Positions 12,847 to 26,071 of a stretch of 64,000 nucleotides of DNA are shown here, piece by piece. The stretch is from Euprymna scolopes. Lineage: Eukaryota. Every line of letters begins with the position of its first letter. Positions within the stretch are counted from its first letter, which is position 1. The DNA lies in assembly GCA_053919585.1 (NCBI GenBank), contig CM132801.1. One strand, written 5' to 3'. A model generated the notes under the pieces. That model had not been told where the DNA came from. It did not search any database and saw nothing but the letters and a program-made list of their open reading frames with translations. The translations under genes were made by a program, and so were the position numbers.

Positions 12847-13962
12847 AAAAGGGTATGAAAAATAGGAGGCATTACTTTTAGAACGCTTTTCGTACTATTA
12901 TTATTGATACGAACTTATGCAGATTAATGTTGTAAATAACGTGAAAATCCACAGGTTCCGCTTGTTGCTGTTGTTGCCTTTGTTTTTCTCCACCAGACCC
13001 AAGCGTAATATTATTTCAGGCGTTTCCTTGTTTCGACTCTCAAGTGTGTATCCGTTTATATCTTATATGCTTTTATATACACTGATGTGGTTCTCGATTA
13101 ATTTTGTCTGTGTCGGATATATACTCGAGAGTCAAAACAATGATAAGAATATTCTCTTGTCATGGCCGTAACCATAACACACACACACGATCCTAACTTA
13201 TCTACCTTGTTGGAAACTTTCATTTTCAATTGTCTCTGCTTTATCACCCATTCAATATGTCCTGTTTATTTGTTCTTTACAAATTATTACCTTCTTCTGT
13301 TGGAATTTGCTTTTCTTTTCCATTTTCTTACAAAACAAAGCCCAAAAGTCTTAACATTTATATTTTAAGTTATCTTTCCTTAGTCTTCGGTTTTCTATTT
13401 TTTGCCATATTTATTGATCGTTTTTTCTTGTTTGTTTCTACATTTCTACTTGACCTTTCTTCTCTGGAAAAGCATTTGAGCTCTTCAACAGAAATAGCTG
13501 GCAACATTAAAGAAAAAAACATGCATCCATATATAAAAGAAGGACATAACTGCAAACACAACTATATTTCCGGAACCCGTCGTCCATGATGTGATAAGCA
13601 CAAATGACGTCATTCAACAAATCATGCGTGATGTCGTATGCAAATCGAGAAATGGCGAACGAGAACAAATAAAAATAATTTATCGACAAATGTTTAGATT
13701 GTTCAAAAATGCACTTTTGTGCTTTGGGACAATAAGTAAATGTTTTGTTGTTTTTTTTATTTATTGTCCTATTTTTTTTTTTTTTTTGCCTTTTGTTTGT
13801 TTGTGTTTTATTTATTGCCCTGTTTTTTGTCTTTTTTTTCGTTTTTATAGTCCACACGTTTTTGTTTTTTTTAGCTTTTATGTCGATATCTCGTGTTTTT
13901 TTTTCGTCTAACGCATATTGTATATTCTATTTTCTTATTTTTTGCTATTTCTGTTATTCTTC

Positions 13963-14024
<62 letters not shown>

Positions 14025-15064
14025 TTATTTCTGTTTTTATTTTTCTTTAATTCTTAGTCGTTTTCTATTTTCATTCCACTTTTGTTCTTTATTTATTTCT
14101 TAGTTTTCTTTTTTATTGTTTTTTTTGTTTCATTTATGTATTTTCCTCTACTTCCTTTTTCATTATTGTTTTTTATTTTTTTATTTTGCATGCTTCATTT
14201 TTCTTTTCGTTCTTCTTTATCGGTTTTATACTTTTGTTATTGTTTTTATACTTTTTTGTTATTTTTATGCTTTTTTATTATGTTTGTGCTTTTTTATTGT
14301 TTTATTTCTCGTCTATGTTTTTTTTCTTTTTCCATTTTCATCAGTTTTGTCAATTTTCTTTGTTCATTCTTTGCTAATTTCTTTTTGTTTAATTGGTTTT
14401 CATTTTAATTATTTGTCTTTAAATGTGTGTTTTATAATCATTTGTTTCAATTCTTTATCTTTTAAAAAAAATTGTTTCCGTTTAATTATATTCCTTTCGT
14501 TTGTTCATAAATTGTTCTCCCAGTTTTACCAGAACCTTAATTCGTCGTCTTTTCCTTTTTAATCATCGTATTTTTATATTTTGATTCATTTTTTTTCTAT
14601 CATTGTTTTTTTTTCTTCATTTTTATTGATATTTTGTTATTTATAGTTTAAATTTGTTTGCATTTTTATTCTCTCTCGTTTTTCTTTATTTCATTTTATC
14701 AATTTTTACTTTCTTTTGTCATTTCCCTCTTTTTGGAAGTCGTTTTTAATTCGTTTTTATTTTTTAATTCCTTGTCTTTTTTGTAACCGTTTAACATTTT
14801 GTCTTTTTCCTTTTTTCATGTATTTCCTTCTTCTATTTATATTCCTTGTCTTATTCATTTTTGTCTTCTGGTCATGTTCATTGCTTCTTTGTGTGATGTA
14901 TTAATTAATCAGCTGTAATCGAAGTAATTAAAAATATATAATTAGAAAATCACATATTTATATAAATATTATTAATCTGTTATCCTGGCTATTTCCGTGC
15001 GTATGTGTGCGTTTATGGTACTAATCCCAGTGATTTACTCATCTATATACATCCCTGCTATACT

Positions 15065-16330
15065 AATTAAGAAATGCTCAGCTGAGCTAGTCCCCATAAT
15101 TTTCAAACTCTAAAACAAATGTTTTGCTGAATCTTGCTTCCCTAGTGATTGGAAGATGGCTGTTGTGGGATGAGTGTAAAAGAATTCTGGCGAAAGGATC
15201 GACCCTTTCAATTATTGCCCTATCAGTCTCATCCTTCTCTTCGCTAAAAAGCTTTGAGGCGCTAATCAATCAAGCACTGGTCCACCACCTCGAAAAAGCT
15301 AATCTTTTTTTTCTGACAAACAGTACGGATTTAAGCAATGTCGTTTTACTGCAGATGTTTTAACGGTCATTTCTGAACGCATGTGCCATACACTGGTTAA
15401 GGCGGGTAAAGCCAGGACTGTAGCACTCGATATATCAAACGCCTTTAACAAAGTCTGGCATGAAGTGCTACTAATGAAAATTAAATCATACTGGACGAAT
15501 ACTAAATATAATTAGATCTTTCTTAGACAATAAGACCATCCAGGTTATCATTGATAGACGTCCATTCAAACAACATAACATTAATGCGGGAGTACCTCGG
15601 GGGTCGATTCTTGGACCACTATTATTCCTGATATTCAACAATGACCTCCCCGATAATATTGTGTCCAAGATGAGTGTATTTGCTGATGGTAGAACTATAA
15701 CATGCACGAGGGAAGAACGAATGTACACAAATCAAAGACAATGGCGGAATCTTAAAAAAATTACCTCCAGACCATAGTGAAATAGGGTCCGCAAATGGAT
15801 GGTAACATTTAATGCTAGTAAGACTAAGCTGTTCTCCTTTAACAATTACAAGAAGCCTCTCCAACGACCGATATTTATGACAAATAACTCCCTACCTCAG
15901 AATTTTTCCTTCAAACACTTCGGCTTAACATTCAAAAGAAAAATGTACTGGAACAAATATATTGAGGACATTGCGAAGGCTGCTGCAAAGAAGGTAGGCC
16001 CCTCTCTATCGCGCTAGAAAACCACTCACATCTGAGAGTGTCCTGTACCTTTACAAGGCCACCATTCGGCCATGCATGGAGTATTGTTGCCACATCTGGG
16101 CTAGTGCATCTACTACTAGTCTCTCCCTTTTGGATAAGTTCCAAAAAATCTAATATATCCAACTTTGTCAACTAGGCTTTAACCCCTGTCCCATCGCTCC
16201 AAAGTTACAGCCCTGTGCCTGTTTTACAAATATTTTAATGAAATGTGCTCCGATGAACTTATTGCATTTTTGCACTCTCGACATACATCTCCCCGACAAA
16301 TCTGCTAAGCATAAATATCACACCCCTTCA
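15065..16330 (+). mobile_element. CR1/Jockey-group LINE RT fragment (degenerate)
   Basis: ALDISNAFNKVWH, INAGVPRGSILGPLLFLIFNNDLP, FADG, VTFNASKTK, TIRPCMEYCCHIW; stops and frameshifts. Confidence 0.9.
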
Positions 16331-17439
16331 TCGATCTTAATGATGGCAGTCAGACTAACCTTTGAAGAAAAAAATTCTAAAATGCCAGGTTGGAAAACTG
16401 GCGCGGTCTATCATTCTCTCTCTTAAGCCATGGTAGGCAACCCATCTAGTGATGGCATCACGATAAAAAAGAACGTCCTTGATAGCTCCAGCGAAGCATC
16501 AAGTATTCAGCTACGGACAAGATTTGAATTAAACTAAAAACTCGTTTAGTGAGTTCATTCTTGGCTGCGGCTGCATGCTACGTTACGTTATTATGTTTAC
16601 AGACTTATCGAAAAGAAAATTTGCTCATAGGATTTTCTTTTAGTTCTAAGCACAGCTAGCCAGTAAGAGAAATCTAATAGAGCGCGGACGGACGTATAGC
16701 GACAGCAGCAGTTTATGCAAATGACCGAGCCGTATACGACGTGACGTCACAACAAGAAATAAGGAAAGAAAAAGATTATAAAAAAAGAAAAACGTGGTCA
16801 GAGAGAGGACGTAAGTAGACGTGTTACACACGTGTTCCGAAAGCTTCAGGGAAAAACGTGTCCTTAACATGGCTAGATAAAGATAGATTATCACGTGTTC
16901 GACATGACAGACTCTTGTTAAACACATTACAGTACCAGAAGACTTTTGATCCAAATACAAGATGTTATTCTAAAAGTACCTGTAAATAAATGTATGTTGA
17001 AAAAGTGAATTGAATTCTGTTCTTGTCTTTATTTTATTGCGACTGTCTGCATACAACGTGTGGGTCCCGAGTGTTGACATCTAACGAATAAGTTACAGAA
17101 ATTGTTGAGAGCTATTGTAGTTAGACGACGGTTTGTTGTAAATGTTTTACGGAGAGAGGGCATAGATATAAAACTCAGGTAAGCACCCGCCATGAAAATA
17201 ACGATAAACTGGAGATGGATTCGCAGAATCCCTTTTGTTGGAAAGTAAGGAAAAAAAGATATAATTTGAAGGAAACGAGAAATTTTATTTATTCCGAAGA
17301 TTCTACAACCTTAAGCTTTAACTTTTAGACATTATCTAGAATTTCATGGATTTTATTCAAAATTGAAATAAGGATGCTAGACATACGGTTTAGTAGCATT
17401 ATATCCTGATTTTAATATTTCGCTAAAATTTACTCTTTA

Positions 17440-18030
17440 TAATATAAATCTCACTTGTCTCGTCTGTTTAAATGTATGTATGTATGTATGTATGTATGTA
17501 TGTATGTATGTATGTATGTATGTATGTATAAAACTTTCGACAGAGGCGACGGATTTTCACAAAATCAGTATTGTTTTGAAGCTCGTCGGTTCGGACGACA
17601 AATATCGAAAAAATGGCTAAAACATTAATTATTTCACTCTCAATTGGGCGTTTTTCTACAAGGACGGGTCGTTTTATTCGCCGATATTTTCGAAAGACAT
17701 TCCCTCTTTTCGATTGACTAGCCTTAATTTAAACCTTCGTCACTTCAGTTGGCATTGGACGCAATGGCAAAGACATCACGATTTTCTTTGTGTTTTTTTT
17801 ACTTTCTTTGTCTCCTTCCCGGTACGAGTTAAAGCCTACTTGCCTACTACCGCTTTTTTTGTTTGTTTGTTTGTTTTTTTTTTGTTTTGTTTTTTGTTTG
17901 TTTTTTTTTCTTTCTTTTCCTCCTTCCCGGTACGGGCTCAAGCCTACTTGCCTGCTATCACATTTTTTTTTTTTTTTTTTGCTCAATACATACCTCCAAA
18001 TACCCAAACAACGCCGGGCACCTAGGCAAG
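17440..18030 (-). mobile_element. Helitron-like non-autonomous repeat family B with (CATA)n
   Basis: ctag..tgcccggcgtt head and (TATG)n. Paralogs 34806-35225, 47300-47781, 51420-51855. Confidence 0.6.
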
Positions 18031-18672
18031 CTCCAAATAAATAAATAAACATCGAATAAAACCTAACCTCGATAATGGCGGTAATAAAGAAATCGACAAA
18101 ATGCGCATACATGATAAAGAAAGTTGGACACTTTTAAACCGTTCTTATTGTTTAAAGTGAACTTATACATAAAATCATGGTTGTTGTTTTCGTTCTGATT
18201 TTTGCAATTCATCACGGTTTTTTTTATTTTATTTTATTTATTCTAAGTTAACATTTCTTTAAGATAATTTACGTTGAACACATTTAAAACTTGTGTTTCG
18301 TTGTCGCCATTTCTTGTGTGAATATTTGGTCTGTTTTCATGCGTTTACCAACTGTGTTTATCACTTCCGGTCTAATGGCGATAAAATTTCATGCATCTGT
18401 TGAGATAAATGGACGAAAAAGGATGAGAAAAAAAAAGAGTAGCAAAACTACGTGTAAACATGGGGTTGTATTGTTGGTTTGCAATGTGTATGTGGGAGGG
18501 GTGATGATGAGATGAGGTAAATAAAACCTTTCGGTTGTTTCGCTAAAATACTCTCTCACCAGTTGGCGGGAATTATTGCTATAGGGCTTCGATCTCAGTG
18601 GGAGTTTGAAAATAGTAACGACAACATTTCATTCATGCAAGAAAACTAAACTGAATTTGTGTGTGTGTATGC

Positions 18673-18714
<42 letters not shown>

Positions 18715-19017
18715 AAGCAAAGTAACGGAAATACTTTGCTTTATGATTCTCTTTTTTATTTTTTCGATTTTCCATTTAATATTTTTATATCAAAATCGAA
18801 AATATTACTGAAGGTTCTATAATGTCGTGAACGCTTTCGATTCGTCCACGAATTATCTTCAAGTGTTGAGGAAGTAAAAGTGAGAAGGAGCGAAAATGGA
18901 TATTAAAAAGTGAAATTTAAATGCATATAATACTGCGTTAGGTGATGGTAAGTTAAAATATATAAAGTCGATGAGAAGTCCATTAAAATATGGGTCGATT
19001 AAAAATGAAAATATTAA
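18715..19017 (-). mobile_element. Penelope-like pseudo-LTR with degenerate hammerhead (18826-18866)
   Basis: Homologous to 28840-29100. Minus strand TTGAAGA ta ATTCGT gg ACGAAT c GAAA gcgt TC; stem I lost. Confidence 0.65.
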
Positions 19018-19444
19018 NNNNNNNNNNNNNNNNNNNNNNNNNNNNNNNNNNNNNNNNNNNNNNNNNNNNNNNNNNNNNNNNNNNNNNNNNNNNNNNNNNN
19101 NNNNNNNNNNNNNNNNNNNNNNNNNNNNNNNNNNNNNNNNNNNNNNNNNNNNATTAAATACCTTTCATCCTTTCGGAAATCATCATTTTTTTTTCAGATT
19201 AAGCGACCCACTNNNNNNNNNNNNNNNNNNNNNNNNNNNNNNNNNNNNNNNNNNNNNNNNNNNNNNNNNNNNNNNNNNNNNNNNNNNNNNNNNNNNNNNN
19301 NNNNNNNNNNNNNNNNNNNNNNNNNNNNNNNNNNNNNNNNNNNNNNNNNNNNNNNNNNNNNNNNNNNNNNNNNNNNNNNNNNNNNNNNTAAGCGACCCAC
19401 TAAAAGTAGTCGACCTTTCTTTCTCTCTCTTTCTCTCTCTCCCC

Positions 19445-19495
<51 letters not shown>

Positions 19496-19679
19496 CAAAA
19501 AATTTTTTCAGATTAAGCGACACACTTAAAAGTAGGCCGATCGCTCTAATCTTTCTCTAATTATTATTATTTTTTTTTCAAATTGAGCGACTCACTTAAA
19601 GGTAGCCCGATATCTCTAATCTTTCTCTTAACAACTAAATGACACCACCTGATAAAACGCAATTGTTTCTCCAACCAGA

Positions 19680-20080
19680 TGGCGCTACATACCCCACGTC
19701 GCATAGATCAGTGCCACGACTTCATGGCTTGTTTACGGAAGAAAGAACAATAAGCAAAGGATTATGACCACCACGTTTACTGGACTTTTCATCATGTGAG
19801 TTTTATCTTTGGGGGACTTAAAACAAAACGTTTATTCAAATAATCCCCACAATCTGGACAAAAAAAGGGTAATATTACCAACGTTATCAGGAGAATCACC
19901 AGTATCTGCAAACGTTGTTAAATGTGCTTAAGAAATGCATAGATGACAACGGGGAGCACTTTCAGCGCCTTTTATAACACTACAGGTCATTTAAAAAATG
20001 CTACAAGTAATTGAAATAATAACAGAATGTTCTTCCTCTCTTCTATATTTTCTGTGTGTCTTAAGTGGACCACCCTGTAT
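19680..20080 (+). mobile_element. Tc1/mariner-superfamily transposon 3' fragment
   Basis: Degenerate PRSPD..CEFYLWG-LKQNVYSNNPHNL, KCID..GEHF. Ends cttaagtggaccaccctg-TA. Confidence 0.7.
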
Positions 20081-21211
20081 AAGTGAATACAAGAATCAAT
20101 TGAACAGGAGGAGAAGAAGAAAATTAGAAGAAGAAGAAGAAGAAGAAGAAGAAGAAGAAGAAGAAGAAGAAGAAGAAGCACAACAACAATGACAACAAAG
20201 CCATCAAATGAATGGACGAAGAAGAAAAAAATAATCTCTCGTGAGCAAACAATCCAATATGGCAAGTGAGACATTTAATCACTTAAAACAATAAACTTTC
20301 AATAAGTCAATCCACTTCATTGCACATAAGAATTTTTGCAACAAATCAAATTAAACAATATTTGCAAATTTAATTGAAAATTGCAAATCGTGTGTTTTTG
20401 TTTGTCATTCTTTTGACGTTGACTTCAATGTGAATAATTACAAAACTTGCTCCTCGATATTTTGAAAGCTAAGAACTTTGTTACGCTTCATTAGTGCGTT
20501 ATTTCATTTTTCCGTTACAACAATAACTTTCGGATTTTCTCAAAACTGTTTTATTTAAATAATGAGTTTCAAAAAATGTTCAATAAGTTCTGACGTCTGT
20601 TGAGTAGTTGGCGGAGAACGCCGGAAAATATCAGATGTACGTGTACATATGCAACGTTATAGATCGGCCGATTGCGAAGCGATGACGTCAACCTCCATTT
20701 CGATCCAGAGTTGGGGTTCTGGAAAATGGCTTAAAAATGGAAAGAATATGACGTTCTATATTCTTGGTCGAGATTGGAATTGCGTAAAACGCCAAACAAA
20801 AGGCAATCAATATTATAAATTAAAAAAAAAAAACTCAACATAAGAGTAACACAAAGATCAACAGTGAAAGAGTAGACAGCATTGTAAAACATTTCTGAGT
20901 CACACGGAACGGCACACCGCAATACCGATTAATTCGTTATTTCACTGCTATCCAGTCAATCATGGTAAATAAAATTGTTTGTTTATGTTATTCGGTAGCT
21001 TGTCATATTGAAACAGGTGATACCAAAAAGTATATAGACGTTACAAACACATTAGAAGTGTTGGGTAAGTGATGGAAAACGCCGGAAAATATGCAACAAA
21101 TAGAAAACGACATTGGGTCGAATAGACAGATTTCTAACCCACGATTTCATTGGTTCTCAGTTCAGTTAACTGTGATGCCACAATAGACATGCGCATATAC
21201 ATACAACCTAG

Positions 21212-21286
<75 letters not shown>

Positions 21287-21345
21287 TGTTGAGCTGGATT
21301 AAATCCGACGATATGAAATAAAATGGAGGTGGAAGGACCTGGATA

Positions 21346-21384
21346 CTCAACGTTTCGCCCGATTTATGCGGGCTTCTTCAAGAG
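21346..21384 (-). ncRNA. Minimal type I hammerhead (Penelope-type)
   Basis: CTC TTGAAGA a GCCC gcataaatc GGGC GAAA CG TT GAG; palindrome AACGTT. Confidence 0.75.
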
Positions 21385-21482
21385 GGATGGTCATTGACGA
21401 GAGAGTCGGAGGATTGGGACGTTGCTCTCCCCCATCATTATATATAGCCCCAATCCTCCGACTCTCTCGTCAATGACCATCC

Positions 21483-21521
21483 CTCTTGAAGAAGCCCACA
21501 TAAATCGGGCGAAACGTTGAG
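21483..21521 (+). ncRNA. Minimal type I hammerhead (Penelope-type)
   Basis: CTC TTGAAGA a GCCC acataaatc GGGC GAAA CG TT GAG. Confidence 0.75.
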
Positions 21522-21546
21522 TATCCAGGTCCTTCCACCTCTATTT

Positions 21547-21604
<58 letters not shown>

Positions 21605-21745
21605 TTTGTTGTTGATTTTTTTAACGATATTAAGGTTAACGTCTCAGCCTCGGAGATCCGGTGTTTTTTTTTATTAGAAAGTCGCCCATTTTTTATTTGG
21701 ACATATTTTTTATTTGTTTATTTATTATTTTTAAAAACAGTAATA

Positions 21746-21787
21746 TACGGGCACGCGTGTTTCAGAGCCCTACTCCCCTTCAGCGTA
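21746..21787 (-). ncRNA. Type I hammerhead motif (family 2, copy A; A9>G, U16.1>C)
   Basis: TACG CTGAAGG GGAG taggg CTCT GAAA CACGCGTG CC CGTA. Confidence 0.7.
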
Positions 21788-22055
21788 GTTTAAATCTTGT
21801 TGGGATTCGAACCCCGGACCTTATGTATTTCAGTCCAGCGCCCTAACCCATTACGCTATGATGACATAGACAATTTACTGTTTTAGTTTTTTTTTTATCG
21901 TTTATCTGTTTACATAGTTTTGTTGTTGATTTTTTAAACGATATTAAGGTTAACGTCTCCGCCTCGGAGATCCGGTGTTTTTCTTAGAAAGTCGCCCATT
22001 TTTTATTTGGACGTATTTTTTATTTATTTATTTATTATTTTTTAAAACAGTAATT

Positions 22056-22097
22056 TATGGACACGCGTGTTTCAGAGCCCTACTACTCTTCAGCGTA
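22056..22097 (-). ncRNA. Type I hammerhead motif (family 2, copy B; intact core)
   Basis: TACG CTGAAGA GtAG taggg CTCT GAAA CACGCGTG TC CaTA; palindrome ACACGCGTGT. Confidence 0.75.
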
Positions 22098-22635
22098 GCT
22101 GGACTGTTGTTGGTATTTGAACCCCGGACCTTATGTATTTCAGTCCAGCGCCCTAACCCATTACGCTATAATGACATAGACAATTTACTGTTTAGTTGTT
22201 ATCGTTTATCTGTTTACGTAGTTTGTTGTTGANNNNNNNNNNNNNNNNNNNNNNNNNNNNNNNNNNNNNNNNNNNNNNNNNNNNNNNNNNNNNNNNNNNN
22301 NNNNNNNNNNNNNNNNNNNNNNNNNNNNNNNNNNNNNNNNNNNNNNNNNNNNNNNNNNNNNGTATGAGGTTCCGCCAAAACAACCAAGTTGTTCGGAAAT
22401 CCAGAGAAGATTTGTTTATAGTGGTGAAGACCTTGTGTAGAACCATCCACACTTTTTGGTATTACTGCTGACCTTTGTCGGTGCAGACAACTGCCACAGG
22501 ACAGAGTATACAGTAAACCGCAGGTTTTTACATCAGAATAGATGTCTTAACGAAGACTGGGGGTGAGTCTCTCCCAGTGAATTAATGCGCCCTCAGATAC
22601 CAACCTGGAAATTTCTACGACTCGACGTGGGGTAC

Positions 22636-22745
22636 ACACAGCACCTAGACTGCCCAAATGGTCACCCATCTTGTACTGGCCAGGCTCAACGTGCCTTAAC
22701 TTCTGTGATCTGGCGAGAATCGGTGTGTCAACGAGATTGTGTCGT

Positions 22746-22747
<2 letters not shown>
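22636..22747 (-). pseudogene. 5S rRNA-derived sequence (SINE3-like head or pseudogene)
   Basis: acgac..cgttgacacaccgattctcgccagatcacagaagttaag..gagcctggccagtac..gatgggtgacc..ggtgctgt matches the metazoan 5S layout. Confidence 0.85.
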
Positions 22748-22808
<61 letters not shown>

Positions 22809-22949
22809 CGTATGTGTGTGTGCGCGCGCGCTCGTGCATGTTTTATTGAAGAGATAATTTCTGTTTGTTTCTCTTGCAATCCATTTTTTCTCTTTTGGCG
22901 GGAGAATGTTCGAACGTTCTGTTCGAATATAAAAAGAAATTTGCCATAG

Positions 22950-22989
22950 TCGCGAACGTTTTCGACTATCATAAGTCGTCCTCAGGTGA
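22950..22989 (-). ncRNA. Minimal type I hammerhead in a Penelope pLTR-like segment
   Basis: TCAC CTGAGGA c GACT tatgat AGTC GAAA ACGT TC GcGA; palindrome AACGTT. Confidence 0.8.
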
Positions 22990-23297
22990 GTGATGGATTA
23001 AAAATTGCGTTGGTGAATTTGTTGAAAAAACGGTTAAAATCGTTTAAAATCGTTAAAAGCACTTAAGCTTGACTTCCTTTTCATATTGAACTTAATTGAT
23101 TGTTGGGTTTTTTTCTGCTGATTAGTAGGGCTACAATGATTAAAAGGCGCAGATCGGAGTTAGACGGCTAAAATGGCGGTGGTTTTAATTAGTATATTTC
23201 TAAATTCAGTTTGGCGGGTGTCATGTGCTGTAAGGTGTTGGTAAATTGAGCTATTCGGGGGAAGATAGGTGGTATGTTAGTAGGCGATAAATACTGG

Positions 23298-23385
23298 TTC
23301 TAATCATGCCGATGTACGTGTTAGTTTTTCTAATCATGCCGATGTACGTGTTAGGTTTCTAATCATGCCGATGTACGTGTTAGTT
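23298..23385 (+). repeat. Three tandem 28-30 bp units
   Basis: tctaatcatgccgatgtacgtgttag x3. Confidence 0.9.
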
Positions 23386-23585
23386 TTAAAGGGCATTAAA
23401 AACGTACACGGTATTTCTAGTTTGGAGTAAACTGTCGTCGGATGTAGAGTTGTTGTTTATTAGTAATTGACTTGCTTTTAGTTTACGTAATAAATAATGA
23501 ATCTAATTTTAGAGAAAAACAAAGAGAAATTGTCCCTGCTTTTCAACGAAACATGCATTAGAGCAAAAAATGCTATTAAAATATA

Positions 23586-23672
<87 letters not shown>

Positions 23673-24238
23673 AACAGATTTGCAACGTAACTACTATTTT
23701 TATTTCTTCGGGACTCGATAATAATCTATCCTATTAGAATTTTAAAACTGCCGACGAAACTTACAGATTTTCCGCGTACTATACGCGTACATAAAAATTG
23801 TAAAAGTGAATAAAAGTTTTAGCATTTGTTCACAATTTCTTGATGATAAAATATGGCTGAAAGTATACGTTATTTTCCAGGTATAGTGGGTTAATAACTA
23901 TAATATTTCAGCCAGACCATGCCGTATATAATTGTTAGATAAGGAAAGCTTTTCGTTGGATGAAGGAGTGATTAACGAATAAGAAGTCAGAATTTACGAT
24001 TAATTTACGGAATTGTGCAAAAGCACATAACTTCCAAAACCACGTGATTTTTCAGCTGAGAAATCAAGCGCAGCGGAAGCAAAACATGCCCCCTTCCCGT
24101 AAGAGTCTAAGTGAGACGCTGCGCACAAGGTAGTTAGATGTAACGTGACAAGCTCCCTGTCTATTTCTCTCTTTCGCTGAAAGAAACCCATATGTGTTAA
24201 AGTCTAGGCATCTGTCACTTTGTAATTGTTCTAATTTG

Positions 24239-24323
<85 letters not shown>

Positions 24324-24883
24324 TAAACCTCGGCGTCTGAGTGATTGTGTTTAAGAGCTTGGGTTCCTAACTACGTCACGAGTGTATAAATTTATACACG
24401 CCTTGCTAAGCAAACATTTCACATAATGATATAGCTGGACTATGACTTTTATACTGTGAAATAGAAAAGATCTGAAGTTGGATTTCAGTTGCTGACAATA
24501 TTTTAGCATAGCTAATCGCCGTGTAAGGTTGTCGACATATTTGTTCACTTAACAAACAAGTGCCACGTTTGAATGTTGTTCCGATATCAACTTTTAATTA
24601 ATGAAATAGATATCCAGTAGTTCATATATTTAATAATAGGTTGGTTAAAAAATAATGTCGTTTTTTATATATTATATAAGTTGAACGTCAAAAACATTAT
24701 TTTTTCACTAACCTAATAGCTAAACATTCAAATTGTCGTCATCTCCTTTTACACCTGAGACGGAAATCAAAAGAACATATTTGAATAAGACTAAAAAAAG
24801 AAGGACTTATACAGAATCCGTATTAAGAATACAGAACTTATTTCGTAAAAGTGTTCCGCCACTCATAAAAAATGTGTTATTAA

Positions 24884-25063
24884 TAGGGACGTGACAACAG
24901 CATATTCTTTTCATTGTTTTGACTCTTGAGTATATAGCCGTTAATATCTTATACGTTTTTATATAGATCGATGTGGTACTCGGTTGGTTAAGTGTATCTA
25001 ACTGTGTCGGGTATATACTTGAGAGTCAAAAGATGAAAAGAATATTCTGTTGTAACAGACCTA
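24884..25063. mobile_element. MITE (paralog of 11629-11789)
   Basis: tagggacgtgacaacagcatattcttttc / gaaaagaatattctgttgtaacagaccta. Confidence 0.8.
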
Positions 25064-26010
25064 TTTATTAATAAAATAGCATTACTAGTCATACACAGTG
25101 TATTCACACGCCTTTGAACTATTTTGTGAATCTTTATTAGCTATGATCCAGATTGCGTCTGGGGTTGGATCTGGATTAGGGTTAGGATTTAGTTGTATAA
25201 ATGCAGAATAAACGCCAATGTGCAACGTATCTCGGACTGGTGAACAGCTATGAGTTTGAATATATGTGGAGATAGAAATATAAGGGAAAGCAGGTTTATT
25301 TATGCAAATACCCAATCACGTAAATACATTCGATTTCTTGACTAAGTACTAAAACATGTTTACAACAACCCGAATGTTTGCTTGTTTGTGATAGGGGAGT
25401 ATTTTCTTTAGCATGCTATTCTGCAAAAAAAAAAAAAAACAACAACAATATATTTTCATTGTCATTTTATTGTCTTGCAGGGTGCTAGACGTAAGAAGCG
25501 GAAGTTTGCCACCTGAGCAGTGTTAAGGTAGTATTATTAAACGATATGACACCACTAGGCATTCTGGGAAGGCGGAAATGTTGCTAACGACAAGACAACT
25601 CGCGAGGAAGGCGGTCCAATCAGGTAAAATAGTTTGCGTGTTTGGATTAAGTAGGATGATTGATCGATTAAGACGATTATTTATTTTTATTGGTTTTGTT
25701 TGTTTTTGTCGCTCTGTTTTGTTTTGTTTTGTTTTGTTTTGTTTTGTTAGGAAATCCGGTAAAACATACGTCATAAAAATGACACGTCGTGATATTCTGC
25801 GCATGTCCGCTGACTGGTAATAATGGCCTTGGCGACTTCCGGTTTAAATCTTCCCTTCTACTTTCAGAGATCGTCAGAAAATTTCGATTTCTGTAATTGT
25901 ATCATACTAGCTCAAGGACTCAACTACGACAGGTTTCCAACCCTAACCTTCGTTAACCCAATTTAAATGATAAAAAAAATTAAAATGATTCTTTTTTATT
26001 ACACTATATT

Positions 26011-26071
<61 letters not shown>

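Larger units (their letters stand above)
21311..21556. repeat. ~108 bp near-perfect inverted repeat (inverted pseudo-LTR pair), each arm with a hammerhead
   Basis: Arms 21311-21418 and 21449-21556, ~30 nt spacer, inside a (TA)n context. Confidence 0.9.
21600..22232 (-). mobile_element. Tandem tRNA-headed hammerhead repeat (family 2), unit ~310 bp, at least 2 copies running into a gap
   Basis: Two highly similar units. Minus-strand tRNA-like head 21796-21865 (A box TAGCGTAATGG, B box GGTTCGAATCC), followed ~10 nt later by a hammerhead. Confidence 0.85.

Noticed and set aside
13500-14900. Many F/L-rich ORFs (also 46500-47300, 50500-51100, 51600-52120)
   Set aside because: Products of T-rich, A-rich or trinucleotide low-complexity DNA, not genes.
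16580-17097. Possible solo LTR (also 20640-21045, 29640-30250)
   Set aside because: No TSD, PBS or second copy demonstrable in the window.
19190-19610. Repeated ttcagattaagcgacccact units
   Set aside because: Interleaved with N-gaps, so possibly assembly redundancy; no structure recognised.
21796-21865. Apparent tRNA gene
   Set aside because: Acceptor and anticodon stems do not pair properly, and it is part of a tandem repeat; treated as a SINE-like head.
23298-23385. CRISPR-like short repeats
   Set aside because: No unique spacers, eukaryotic context and no cas genes.
25481-25527. Candidate 47-nt exon (ttgcag|...aag|gtagta) near an ETS-like acttccggt motif
   Set aside because: Weak donor, no recognisable peptide and no partner exons.
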